Shown: piece after piece, positions 26,218 through 35,823 of the stretch | Layout: every line of letters starts with the position of its first letter | Numbering within the stretch: the stretch's first letter is position 1 | IMG/VR virus record: IMGVR_UViG_3300025127_007327 | Location: 1-64,000 of that record | Length of the DNA: 64,000 nucleotides | Reading direction: 5' to 3' (one strand) | Source: a virus | Program-made: the position numbers and the translations under genes | Notes under the pieces: model-generated | Told to the model about the DNA's origin: nothing | Seen by the model: the letters and a program-made list of their open reading frames with translations, nothing else | Database searches by the model: none

Positions 26218-27188
26218 GCAAGAAAACAGCGTTAATCACAGGTATCGGTGGTCAAGACGGTAGCTATTTATCAGAATATTTGCTTTCTTTAGGCTATGAT
26301 GTTTATGGTATGTTCCGCAGACACTCAGTTGCTGAGAATCAAAACTACCGACTGCATGGCTTAAATAAAGAAGTAAAGGGTTTTTACGGAGATATGCTGG
26401 ATTACCCTTCAATTGCTAGAATTGTTAAAGAGGTACAGCCCGATGAGATTTATAATTTAGCTGCTATGAGCCATGTTCGTATTAGCTTTGACATGCCATC
26501 GTTTACAATTAAAACTAATGCACTTGGAGTTTTGCACTTACTTGAAGTTTACAGAACAGAGTGCCCTGAAGCGAAGTTTTACCAAGCATCGTCATCAGAA
26601 ATGTTTGGTAATTCTGTTGATGACGATGGAGTCCAAAGATTAACAACACCAATGAATCCAGTTAGTCCTTACGGCTGTGCTAAAGTCATGGGATATAATT
26701 TAGTCAGACACTATCGCAACGCTTACGGCTTACATGCTTGCAACGGTATTCTTTTTAATCACGAATCACCCCGCCGTGGTTCTAACTTTGTAACCAATAA
26801 AGTTGTAAAAGGCGCTGTATCAATCAAGTATGGTCTGATGGATAAGCTAGAGTTAGGAAACATGGACTCATATCGCGACTGGGGACACTCTAAAGACTAT
26901 GTTAGAGCTATGCACTCAATTATCAATCACGACACTCCAGACGAGTTTATAGTGGCTACAGGAGAGACGCACTCAGTTAGAGATCTTTGTAGAGTGGTAT
27001 TTGAAAAACTTGATATGAATTACGAAGATTATATTGTTCAAAATCCAAAATATATGCGACCCGAAGAACTTAAATACTTAAAGGGTGATCCCTCTAAAGC
27101 AAGAGAATTACTTGGATGGGAACCTGAATATACTTTTGAAAGTATGCTTGAAGAAATGATTGACCGGTGGTCAAGAGAATTAAAATGA
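26214..27188 (+). CDS. gmd: GDP-mannose 4,6-dehydratase
   Basis: ALITGIGGQDGSYL, YNLAAMSHV, YQASSSEMFG, SPYGCAK, LFNHESPRRG. Confidence 0.95.
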   Translation: MSKKTALITGIGGQDGSYLSEYLLSLGYDVYGMFRRHSVAENQNYRLHGLNKEVKGFYGDMLDYPSIARIVKEVQPDEIYNLAAMSHVRISFDMPSFTIKTNALGVLHLLEVYRTECPEAKFYQASSSEMFGNSVDDDGVQRLTTPMNPVSPYGCAKVMGYNLVRHYRNAYGLHACNGILFNHESPRRGSNFVTNKVVKGAVSIKYGLMDKLELGNMDSYRDWGHSKDYVRAMHSIINHDTPDEFIVATGETHSVRDLCRVVFEKLDMNYEDYIVQNPKYMRPEELKYLKGDPSKARELLGWEPEYTFESMLEEMIDRWSRELK

Positions 27189-29119
27189 ACAAAAGATTCT
27201 GCGTCTTACAAGTAACTCCAAAGGATCCCAATCCAGAGCATGTAAAGCTTTTTCACAATAGAGAACACTCAGATTTTTACTTTGTTACGTTTGATGAAGA
27301 AAACCCTGATGCTATTAAATTTTGTCCTAATACTATTTGGTCACAAACTAGAAATACTTTAGCTGAACTGGTGCCAAAAAAGTACGATTATTATTTTTTT
27401 ATGGATTATGATATGGGTCTCGAACCACAAGGTGAATTAGACGCATATGAACAAACTTTAAAAGATCTTGAATCTAATCCTGCTGTTTTAACTTTTTATC
27501 CCGGCCGCGGCATTGATAATCCAATCGCACAAGATTTAAATTTTTTGAGAAGCAGAGATTATTCTTGCATACCGTTTACTCACAATGGTATCAAAATTGT
27601 ACACAAAAGCCTACTACAGTGGTTCTTCCCGATGTTTATTAAGCATCGAACTGATACCGATGCTTGTCATATGTTTAACATTCAAGAAATACCATTTTTA
27701 AGAAATGTTGTTTGCAGTCATAAAATTGTTCATCATAATAATCCAACTGATAGTAAAGACACTCAAACATATAATAGTGAAGGTGGATATACAAAATATC
27801 AAATGGATGAAATGTGGAAATCAATTTTACCAGCATTCAAAAAGAAAAAATTATTAAACATTGATGAAAATATTAGTGTTGATGTAAACTACGATTCATT
27901 AAAAATCAAGAATTTTTTTGTTAGTTTGTTTGAAAAAAATAGTTTCGATATCATAAAAAATCCAGATGATGTTGACTACTTTGACTTAGATAAGATTTCT
28001 AAATTTTTTGATTTGAATGATGAGAGGTTTGTAAATGTACATTTATCACTTGAAGAAAAGCAAAAAAACTTTTCAGATGAGTCAAATAAAATAATTGATG
28101 AAGAACTTAGAGGTTTACAATTTGAAGATTTTGTAACTCCTTTAGATCCTTGGCCAGAGATTGCCAATAAAATTAACAGCAGAATTGAAGGAAGAAAGAT
28201 TACATACAATGAGTGTCTTGAATATTATCAAAAATTAAGTGATAATAAATCTTTATTTCACACTAATTCTATATTAGATCCTTCGCTTGAGGAATATCTG
28301 AAAGATAAAACTGTTGCTCTAGTTGGTCCTGCACCTTATTTAGCAAAACACACACACGGTGCTGAGATTGATTCATGTGATGTTGTTGTTAGAATTCAAC
28401 ACAACATTTACAATACTGAATCATATGGCTCGCGCTCAGATATAATACAAAGTTGTTTGAATCCAAATTATGGCATGCCGTTAGTTGAGCATATTAAGGC
28501 AAGTGATTTATCAGACAGACCAAAGTTTATTATATGTAATGACACAGCCGCTGCACAAAAAAGACATGAGCAACCAATAGGCGGTCTAGAATGGCAAGCT
28601 GGTTGGTATTTTAATGATGATATATTTGAGCCAATTTTCAAAGAATTACAAATTCCATTTGTTAATTTAAAAAGAAATGATGGCAAATGGGAGCGCTGGG
28701 CACTTTATTGGCAAGTTTATGCTAAATCTCATGTTGAAAGATTTGGAAAAGGGAGTTATACTACATTTACTGCTAATTTTAATTCAGGGTACGGCGCGAT
28801 TAATATGCTTTTATCTTATCCGGTCAAACAATTAAAAGTCTTTGGTCTTGATTTTTACAACATTGGAAAGCCGCAGCAAAACAAAGAAAAATATAATCAA
28901 TCTTATATTAACACTTATGGCGAAGAAGGTCGTAATTATGGTCCAGACAAACTGCTTCATGATCAATTATCACAGCTTATGCATTTAAAAAACGTTTTGT
29001 TAAAAGATGATAGGCTTATTTTTGATGAGCATGTAAATAATTTACTGAACGATGAAAATTTAGACAGTAGAATTGAAAGATTTAAAACTCTTCCAAAACT
29101 TAAAAGAGATACAAGATAA
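27185..29119 (+). CDS. Two-domain glycosyltransferase: N-terminal GT-A-like, C-terminal GT29 sialyltransferase-like
   Basis: YDYYFFMDYD; KTVALVGPAP...EIDSCDVVVRI...YGSRSD; NSGYGAI...VFGLDFY. Confidence 0.65.
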   Translation: MNKRFCVLQVTPKDPNPEHVKLFHNREHSDFYFVTFDEENPDAIKFCPNTIWSQTRNTLAELVPKKYDYYFFMDYDMGLEPQGELDAYEQTLKDLESNPAVLTFYPGRGIDNPIAQDLNFLRSRDYSCIPFTHNGIKIVHKSLLQWFFPMFIKHRTDTDACHMFNIQEIPFLRNVVCSHKIVHHNNPTDSKDTQTYNSEGGYTKYQMDEMWKSILPAFKKKKLLNIDENISVDVNYDSLKIKNFFVSLFEKNSFDIIKNPDDVDYFDLDKISKFFDLNDERFVNVHLSLEEKQKNFSDESNKIIDEELRGLQFEDFVTPLDPWPEIANKINSRIEGRKITYNECLEYYQKLSDNKSLFHTNSILDPSLEEYLKDKTVALVGPAPYLAKHTHGAEIDSCDVVVRIQHNIYNTESYGSRSDIIQSCLNPNYGMPLVEHIKASDLSDRPKFIICNDTAAAQKRHEQPIGGLEWQAGWYFNDDIFEPIFKELQIPFVNLKRNDGKWERWALYWQVYAKSHVERFGKGSYTTFTANFNSGYGAINMLLSYPVKQLKVFGLDFYNIGKPQQNKEKYNQSYINTYGEEGRNYGPDKLLHDQLSQLMHLKNVLLKDDRLIFDEHVNNLLNDENLDSRIERFKTLPKLKRDTR

Positions 29120-29550
29120 TGGGAATAAAAACAAATTCAGACAGCGACTTAGTTAGCGTGTTAAAAAATGATGGTGTTCCAAAATCGGAACTGGTTAAGT
29201 ATGAGAACTGCTCAACTGTGAACTTACAAGAATTACGTGATGATTTAGGAATGGGTTCTTGGGCTGTAAGAATTGCCTATAACGAACTTTTTGGTGGTGT
29301 TGTAATTCAACAACAACCGGGCGAGGGTAATCGGAAACACTTCCACCCAGATGCAGATGAGAACTGGGTAATCCTTGACGGCGAATGGGAGTGGTGGATT
29401 GAAGGTATCGGAACACAACGTGTAAGACAACATGATATTATTGTAGTTCCAAAAAATACATGGCATCACATTAAATGCGTTGGTGATGGTCCCGGTGTTA
29501 GATATGCAATTACAAGACCAGATGTGAATCATGTATACGAAGACGAATGA
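29119..29550 (+). CDS. Cupin domain protein
   Basis: HFHPDADENWVILDG...VPKNTWH. Confidence 0.85.
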   Translation: MGIKTNSDSDLVSVLKNDGVPKSELVKYENCSTVNLQELRDDLGMGSWAVRIAYNELFGGVVIQQQPGEGNRKHFHPDADENWVILDGEWEWWIEGIGTQRVRQHDIIVVPKNTWHHIKCVGDGPGVRYAITRPDVNHVYEDE

Positions 29551-30256
29551 TATAGCGTTCAATTTTGATAACAAAGTAGTTTTAGTATTTGGTGGCAGCA
29601 AAGGTATTGGAAAAGAAGTATGCCGACAATTTGCTGAAGCTGGTGCTGTTGTGTATAATGCTTCTCGTACTCCATCAAATTTAGATTCAGTCACAGATCT
29701 TAAGTGCGATTTACTTAAAATAGAAGACATAGAAAACATTTTTTCTAATTTTGACAGTGTAGACTTTGTTATCAATGTTGCTGGAACAAATCTTTGCGAA
29801 CCGATAGAATATATTAATGTTGCAGAGTGGGATCGAGTAATGAATATTAATCTTAGATCATTTTTTGCAATTTGTCGCCAAGCGGTTATGTTAATGAAAA
29901 AACAAAACTATGGTAGAATAGTAAATGTATCTTCCATTGCTGGAAGAAACAAGAGTATTGTTAGTGGTGTGCACTATACTTCTAGTAAATATGGAATTAT
30001 CGGATTGACTAAACAACTTGCAAACGAAGTATCAATGAACAACATACTGGTTAACTGTGTGTGCCCAAGTCAAACTATGACTGAAATGCTAGAAGAGTCA
30101 ATGTCAAAACAGGCAATTGCCCAATTGGAACAAAAAATACCAATCAAAAGAATTGCAACTCCTGCAGAACAAGCGGCTCCTATTTTATTTTTGTGTTCAA
30201 GTGCTGCTTCATATATTACTGGTACAGCGATTGATGTGAACGGGGGACAACTGTAG
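29531..30256 (+). CDS. SDR oxidoreductase
   Basis: GGSKGIG, NVAG, NVSS, YTSSK, VNGG. Confidence 0.92.
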   Translation: MYTKTNDIAFNFDNKVVLVFGGSKGIGKEVCRQFAEAGAVVYNASRTPSNLDSVTDLKCDLLKIEDIENIFSNFDSVDFVINVAGTNLCEPIEYINVAEWDRVMNINLRSFFAICRQAVMLMKKQNYGRIVNVSSIAGRNKSIVSGVHYTSSKYGIIGLTKQLANEVSMNNILVNCVCPSQTMTEMLEESMSKQAIAQLEQKIPIKRIATPAEQAAPILFLCSSAASYITGTAIDVNGGQL

Positions 30257-30924
30257 TGAGCAGAGATATTGATATTAATGTTTTAATTGCTGTTAGAGGC
30301 GGTTCTAAGCGCGTTCCACGTAAGAATATTAGACCTTTTGGGGGTACTAATATGTTGACGTTAAAAATACAACAGGCGCTAAAATTACGCGATGTTAACA
30401 AAGTAGTGGTTACATCCGACGATGATCATATGCTGGAGATTGCTAATGATCTTGGTGCTTGTCCGATGCGTAGAGATCCTTTTTATGCTAGTGATACAGT
30501 GCCCATGGGTGATGTGTATGTTCATCTTGCTTCTAGCTTGGATTGTAAAGATATTTTATGGACTCCCGTAACAAGCCCGTTGGTTACTGATGAGACTTTA
30601 CAAGAATGCATAGACATTTATAAACGTGAAACAGACTACGATTGTGTGGTTACTACAAACGTAATCAAAGAGTATATGTGGCTGGATGGCAAAGCAATTA
30701 ACTACGATCCTAAGAATCACCCAAGGTCACAGGACTTACCAGATATTTACGCTCTTAATTTTGCTGCTAACATACTTCCTAGAGAAGTTATGATTAAAAA
30801 CAAGAACATCTTAGGTGATAAGTTTTACCCATATATGTTAGACGAAATAGAAGCTGTAGACGTTGATACAGAATACGAGTTTATGTTAGCAGAAATTTTA
30901 TACGAAAAAATGAGAAAAAAATGA
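30256..30924 (+). CDS. CMP-ulosonate synthetase (acylneuraminate cytidylyltransferase, NeuA/KdsB family)
   Basis: IAVRGGSKRVPRKN, VTSDD, TSPL, RSQDL, DVDTEYEF. Confidence 0.88.
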   Translation: MSRDIDINVLIAVRGGSKRVPRKNIRPFGGTNMLTLKIQQALKLRDVNKVVVTSDDDHMLEIANDLGACPMRRDPFYASDTVPMGDVYVHLASSLDCKDILWTPVTSPLVTDETLQECIDIYKRETDYDCVVTTNVIKEYMWLDGKAINYDPKNHPRSQDLPDIYALNFAANILPREVMIKNKNILGDKFYPYMLDEIEAVDVDTEYEFMLAEILYEKMRKK

Positions 30925-31850
30925 AAAATTTAAAAATTTTTATAGCCACATACAAAAGAAGCGGTGTGTTAAATGAGACATTAGATAGGCTTTTTAATAA
31001 AACTGATTTTACTTCTATTCCGAATACTGAAGTTAATATAATAAATAATCATTCCGAGTTTGAATTAAGCTCTGAGTTTGTTGATAAGGTAAATGTGATA
31101 CATAATAACACTAGACCTGATTGGGACACTGGTAATCTCGCGCGAAACTGGAATGAAGCACTACTGCACGGTTTTAAAGATTTAAAAAATCCAGATGCTA
31201 AGATTGTGGTTACAATGCAAAATGACATTGTTCTTAGTCCTAACTGGGCTACTAACTTGCTTAAGATGCACCAAAAATATACATTTGTCACCGGTCAACT
31301 TGGTGATAACATCGTTAGCTACACGGCCGAAGCAGTTAGAAAAATTGGTATGTGGGATGAAAGATTTCTGACACCCGCAAATAAAGAAGCTGATTATTAT
31401 ATTCGTGCGTTGATTTATAACAAAGAGCACTCGTTAATTAACGACAGAGTTCATGGACGCTTGCTTAATGCACACGATGCTCTTGAGCTTGATACTAGTG
31501 AGTACCGCGGCGGTGAAGAAGATTGGAAGCAGGAGAAAACAAACGATATTAGCCATGAGGGGTGGTATCATACGTCACAAATATTTTATTGGAAGTGGAA
31601 AGATACTTGGAAACAACAACCAAGCTATTACGGATGGCTTACAAGATGGTCTAAAGACTTTGTAGAAAACCCTCCTAGCCCTCCAAAAGTGCCAAGCTTT
31701 GTTCAATATTACTATTTTGAAAAAGATATAGAGTTAGCAGATAAGAATTATGTTGGTTGGCGCAAGGGTGATTTGTGGATAGGCACCGATACAGCACACG
31801 ATATCGATAAGCATCCTTTTAAACAAGGAGAGAAGTTTAGAGATGGTTAA
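30921..31850 (+). CDS. GT-A (GT2-like) glycosyltransferase
   Basis: IATYKR, LARNWN, QND, IGMWDERF, EADY. Confidence 0.75.
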   Translation: MKNLKIFIATYKRSGVLNETLDRLFNKTDFTSIPNTEVNIINNHSEFELSSEFVDKVNVIHNNTRPDWDTGNLARNWNEALLHGFKDLKNPDAKIVVTMQNDIVLSPNWATNLLKMHQKYTFVTGQLGDNIVSYTAEAVRKIGMWDERFLTPANKEADYYIRALIYNKEHSLINDRVHGRLLNAHDALELDTSEYRGGEEDWKQEKTNDISHEGWYHTSQIFYWKWKDTWKQQPSYYGWLTRWSKDFVENPPSPPKVPSFVQYYYFEKDIELADKNYVGWRKGDLWIGTDTAHDIDKHPFKQGEKFRDG

Positions 31851-33213
31851 ATTAATTGTATTTGATTTAGATGGCGTTCTCGTAGACGCTAGAGAACTTC
31901 ATTATCAAGCTTTAAACATGGCTCTTGGTGATATTGATAGGTGTTATATTATTGATAGAGCAGAGCATCTTTCAACGTATGATGGTTTATCGACCACAAA
32001 AAAATTACAAATACTTACTGAAAGAAAAGGGTTACCGGAAGAATTTCATACTCCTATCTGGAAAGCTAAACAACAAAAAACAATTGAGATCATTAATAAC
32101 TTTGATCATGATCATAGAATCATCAAGATTTTGAGGAAACTTAAACTTGAGGGATATACGGTTGCATGTGCAACAAACTCCATTAGAGACACTGCCAAGT
32201 TACAGTTAATAAGAAGAGGCTTTTTTGAGCATATAGATTTTCTTTATTCTAATCAAGATGTTACAAAGCCAAAGCCAAGTGCTGAAATTTATATGAGATG
32301 CATGCTGAGAGCAAATGTTGACCCTCATGAGACTGTGGTTGTGGAAGACTCTCATCACGGACGTAAGGCTGCAATCAACAGTGGCGCTCACCTTTGTGCT
32401 GTTAAAAATAGCAGTGATGTTACGTATGAAAAAATTAAAGAAACAATTGATAAAGTGGATAAAAAAGAAAACGTAAGACCTAAATGGCAAGGAGGCAAAA
32501 TGAACGTTCTTATACCCATGGCTGGAGCAGGCTCTCGCTTTCAACAGGCGGGATATACCTTTCCTAAGCCACTAATTGAGGTTAACGGCAAGCCTATGAT
32601 TCAACTTGTCGTAGAAAATTTGAATATTGATGCCCGTCACATTTTTGTGGTACAGAAAGAACATTACGAAAAATATAATTTAAAACATCTTCTCAGTTTA
32701 ATTTCACCCGGTTGTGAGATCGTGCAGGTCGATGGAATGACAGAAGGTGCTGCATGCACTACACTGTTGGCTAAAGAGTTTATTAATAATGATGAACCGC
32801 TTATCTTCGCAAACTCAGACCAGTTTTTAGATTGGGATAGTAATGAGTTTATGTATTCTATGGAGGCGGACGAAGTTGATGGCGGGATGCTTACCTTTAC
32901 AGCTACACACCCTAAATGGAGTTTCGCCAAGCTTGATGAACAAGGATTTGTATCAGAGGTTGCCGAGAAAAAACCAATTAGTGATATCGCCACCGCTGGC
33001 ATTTACTATTGGAAGCACGGTTCTGACTATGTTAAGTACGCTGAACAAATGATTGAAAATAATGTAAGATTTAACAATGAGTTTTATGTTTGTCCAGTGT
33101 TCAATGAAGCATTAAGAGACAACAAAAAAATTAAAACATTCCACTTTGATGGGATGTGGGGTATTGGAACTCCCGAAGATTTAGATTATTTCAACAAGTT
33201 TCATGGAGCATAA
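31843..33213 (+). CDS. HAD phosphatase fused to a sugar-phosphate nucleotidyltransferase
   Basis: FDLDGVL...KP...VEDS; then IPMAGAGSRF...PKPLI...GTPEDL. Confidence 0.9.
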   Translation: MVKLIVFDLDGVLVDARELHYQALNMALGDIDRCYIIDRAEHLSTYDGLSTTKKLQILTERKGLPEEFHTPIWKAKQQKTIEIINNFDHDHRIIKILRKLKLEGYTVACATNSIRDTAKLQLIRRGFFEHIDFLYSNQDVTKPKPSAEIYMRCMLRANVDPHETVVVEDSHHGRKAAINSGAHLCAVKNSSDVTYEKIKETIDKVDKKENVRPKWQGGKMNVLIPMAGAGSRFQQAGYTFPKPLIEVNGKPMIQLVVENLNIDARHIFVVQKEHYEKYNLKHLLSLISPGCEIVQVDGMTEGAACTTLLAKEFINNDEPLIFANSDQFLDWDSNEFMYSMEADEVDGGMLTFTATHPKWSFAKLDEQGFVSEVAEKKPISDIATAGIYYWKHGSDYVKYAEQMIENNVRFNNEFYVCPVFNEALRDNKKIKTFHFDGMWGIGTPEDLDYFNKFHGA

Positions 33214-33909
33214 ATGGATTTAAAAGAATTAGAAATTATTGATACCAGTCAGGGCTTATACGATTCTTTCAACGGCTTCATTCTCAGTTCTGATACTAAA
33301 GTGTTCGGCAAACTATTAGCTAGAACTCTACTGGTAGACCAAGTAAAACATTTACCGGGTGATATTGTTGAATGTGGAGTGTTTAAGGGTACCGGAATGC
33401 TTACTTTCTTGAAAATAAAGCGTTTCTTGTGCCCTAATAGTGGCAAAAAGGTTGTCGGGTTTGACTTTTTTAACTCTGAAGAACTTGTTGGTAGTCTTAC
33501 TGGTATTGATAAAGAAGCCATGGGCACTTTGTTTGATAAAAGAAATTACAAGCACGAAAGCAATCAAGTACAGATATTTGGCGATTTTGTGAAAAGCTGT
33601 GGCTTTAAAGAACATGAGTTTGAGTTAGTTGCTGGTGATATTACTAAAACAGCGTATCAATATGCAAAAGAACGCCCCGGCTTCAGAATATCATTGTTAT
33701 ATATCGATCTAGACCTCGATGAGCCTACTTACGAAACTCTCAACGCTCTTTGGGATAGAGTAGTAAAGGGAGGTATAGTAGTGTTTGATGAGTATGCTTT
33801 TCATAAGTGGTCTGAATCCGCAGGTGTGGATAGATTTTTTGCAGACAAAGATATTCAGCTTAAAACTTTAAATTATATTTGCCCAACAGCATACGTGGTG
33901 AAAAAATGA
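33214..33909 (+). CDS. TylF/MycF-family O-methyltransferase
   Basis: GDIVECGVFKG, GFDFF, YIDLDL, GGIVVFDEY. Confidence 0.88.
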   Translation: MDLKELEIIDTSQGLYDSFNGFILSSDTKVFGKLLARTLLVDQVKHLPGDIVECGVFKGTGMLTFLKIKRFLCPNSGKKVVGFDFFNSEELVGSLTGIDKEAMGTLFDKRNYKHESNQVQIFGDFVKSCGFKEHEFELVAGDITKTAYQYAKERPGFRISLLYIDLDLDEPTYETLNALWDRVVKGGIVVFDEYAFHKWSESAGVDRFFADKDIQLKTLNYICPTAYVVKK

Positions 33910-34688
33910 TAATTGATAGAAATAAAAAATTTATATTTATACACAACCCAAGAACTGGAGGAACGGCAATATCTAAATCATTATTAAATACTGATAATGT
34001 AAAAGAACTTATTGATCATGATACTTATATACGTTTATTTAATATTAATGTCAGACCACGTAAACAATGCTATCAAGCGGACGGAGAACCTTCACTTGAG
34101 AGATTAGTTTCAGGCTTGTCAACAAGCACTAAATTTGATGCTCTTGAAACTGTGTATTCGGATGTTCCAAATTTGTTTTTTAGCCATCACGATCATTTAT
34201 CTTTATATTCGTGTACATCACAACGCTTATTAAAAGAATTCAAATATAAATTTGTATGTGTAAGAGATCCTTGGAGTAGGATGCTGTCCTACTATAGCAA
34301 AATAAAAACGTATCATGAGCTTGATGGTAGCACCCACCCCAGCGCACTCGGCCGACCGTTTACTTTTGATTTTTTTATAGATGAGATAACAAGGAATAGA
34401 TTTGATAATAACTTAAATTATCTATACGAAGTACCACAAACATATTGGACTTATGGTGTAGATGAAGTTATACGTTATGATGAGCTTAATAAAAAATGGG
34501 AATATATATTGCAATCTTGCGGGCTGAGTTATCAACCACTTCTTGAAGCTAGTAAAGAAACAAACACAAGTCAAAGAAAAAAATGCTCTGATTATTATGA
34601 GAACGGTAATCATCTAATTGAAAAAGTAGCACATTGTTTTGCTGAAGAAATAGCTTTATTTAATTTTGATTACAATGGTGACCTATGA
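33906..34688 (+). CDS. Sulfotransferase (family 2-like)
   Basis: FIHNPRTGGTAI (5'-PSB) and VRDPWSRMLSYY (3'-PB). Confidence 0.8.
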   Translation: MIIDRNKKFIFIHNPRTGGTAISKSLLNTDNVKELIDHDTYIRLFNINVRPRKQCYQADGEPSLERLVSGLSTSTKFDALETVYSDVPNLFFSHHDHLSLYSCTSQRLLKEFKYKFVCVRDPWSRMLSYYSKIKTYHELDGSTHPSALGRPFTFDFFIDEITRNRFDNNLNYLYEVPQTYWTYGVDEVIRYDELNKKWEYILQSCGLSYQPLLEASKETNTSQRKKCSDYYENGNHLIEKVAHCFAEEIALFNFDYNGDL

Positions 34689-35143
34689 ATTTTTTAATAT
34701 CACATCGAGGTAACATGCTGGGCCCGAATCCAGAAATGGAGAATAACCCAACTTATATTGACAAAGCTCTTGAAAAAGGTTATGATGTTGAAGTAGACAT
34801 CAGAGGTTCATTCTATACTAAATTTTACCTTGGTCATGACGAGCAACAGTATATGGTATCACCGGAGTGGCTTTTTGCTAGAGCGCGAAAGCTTTGGTTA
34901 CATGCTAAAGATATACAATCATTACATTCATTAATACATCAAGCGTCTGGATTTAATGTTTTTTGGCATCAAGATGATTTCTATACACTAACATCACAAG
35001 GTTTCATTTGGACATATCCGGGTCATACATTAACACCCGATTCTATATGCGTTATGCCAGAGAGTTTTAGTGGTTTTTATTCAGAGAATGAAATAAGAAA
35101 CTCAGCCGGCGTCTGCTCTGATTTTATAGAAAAATATAAATGA
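34685..35143 (+). CDS. Minimal glycerophosphodiester phosphodiesterase-like protein
   Basis: ISHRGN, EN, GYDVEVD, LGHD, WLHAK, GVCSD. Confidence 0.75.
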   Translation: MNFLISHRGNMLGPNPEMENNPTYIDKALEKGYDVEVDIRGSFYTKFYLGHDEQQYMVSPEWLFARARKLWLHAKDIQSLHSLIHQASGFNVFWHQDDFYTLTSQGFIWTYPGHTLTPDSICVMPESFSGFYSENEIRNSAGVCSDFIEKYK

Positions 35144-35823
35144 TTTTATCTTGGCAACAAATACCGTCAACAATTATTTCCGAAATGCTGTGCGAAGGTT
35201 TTGACGGAGTAGTACTAGATACAGAGCATGGGTGCTATAACAATGAAACCCTGTACAACTGTATTCAAGTAATCACATCTCACAACAAAAAAGCATTTGT
35301 AAGATTAACTGAAATTAATAAGACACTCATTAGAATGAGTTTAGACGCTGGAGCTTCTGGATTAATATTTTCCACGGTTGAGAGCGCCGCACAAGCTCAA
35401 GAGATTAAAGATTTGTGTCTGTACCCCAAACAAGGTGGAAAGCGCGGTCTGGGGCTTGTGAGGCAGAATAAATGGGGTCTTAAACATTTAATACAAGAAC
35501 CACCAATTATGATCGCTCAAATTGAAACAAAAGAGGCGGTGCAAAATATGGCTGAAATATATGCATGTGGTTTAGATTTTTACATGATTGGACCCTATGA
35601 TTTGTCAGCAAGTTTAGGAGATCCAGCTAATTTTGAAAATAGTGAATTTATCGAGGCTGTTGAGTCTATTAAGAGAGTAGTTACTAACCCAAATCAAATG
35701 GCTGTGCACATTCCAACAGACGTTAACAAATATATTGACAAATACCGTGACTATGCTATAATAGCTGTGGGTATGGATACTACCATTTTATTAGAGGGTT
35801 ATAGGGAGTTAAATAATGCTTAA
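35140..35823 (+). CDS. HpcH/HpaI class II pyruvate aldolase
   Basis: VLDTEHG, LDAGA.G, YP..GKRG, QIETKEA, IGPYDLSASLG. Confidence 0.9.
   Translation: MILSWQQIPSTIISEMLCEGFDGVVLDTEHGCYNNETLYNCIQVITSHNKKAFVRLTEINKTLIRMSLDAGASGLIFSTVESAAQAQEIKDLCLYPKQGGKRGLGLVRQNKWGLKHLIQEPPIMIAQIETKEAVQNMAEIYACGLDFYMIGPYDLSASLGDPANFENSEFIEAVESIKRVVTNPNQMAVHIPTDVNKYIDKYRDYAIIAVGMDTTILLEGYRELNNA
35735..35762 (+). promoter_or_regulatory. Consensus sigma70 promoter inside the aldolase 3' end
   Basis: TTGACA-N16-TATAAT with extended -10 TG. Confidence 0.7.

Noticed and set aside
29245-29775. 176-aa minus-strand ORF and the other minus-strand ORFs (e.g. 44316-44813, 62718-63230)
   Set aside because: All overlap well-supported plus-strand genes and show no recognisable motifs
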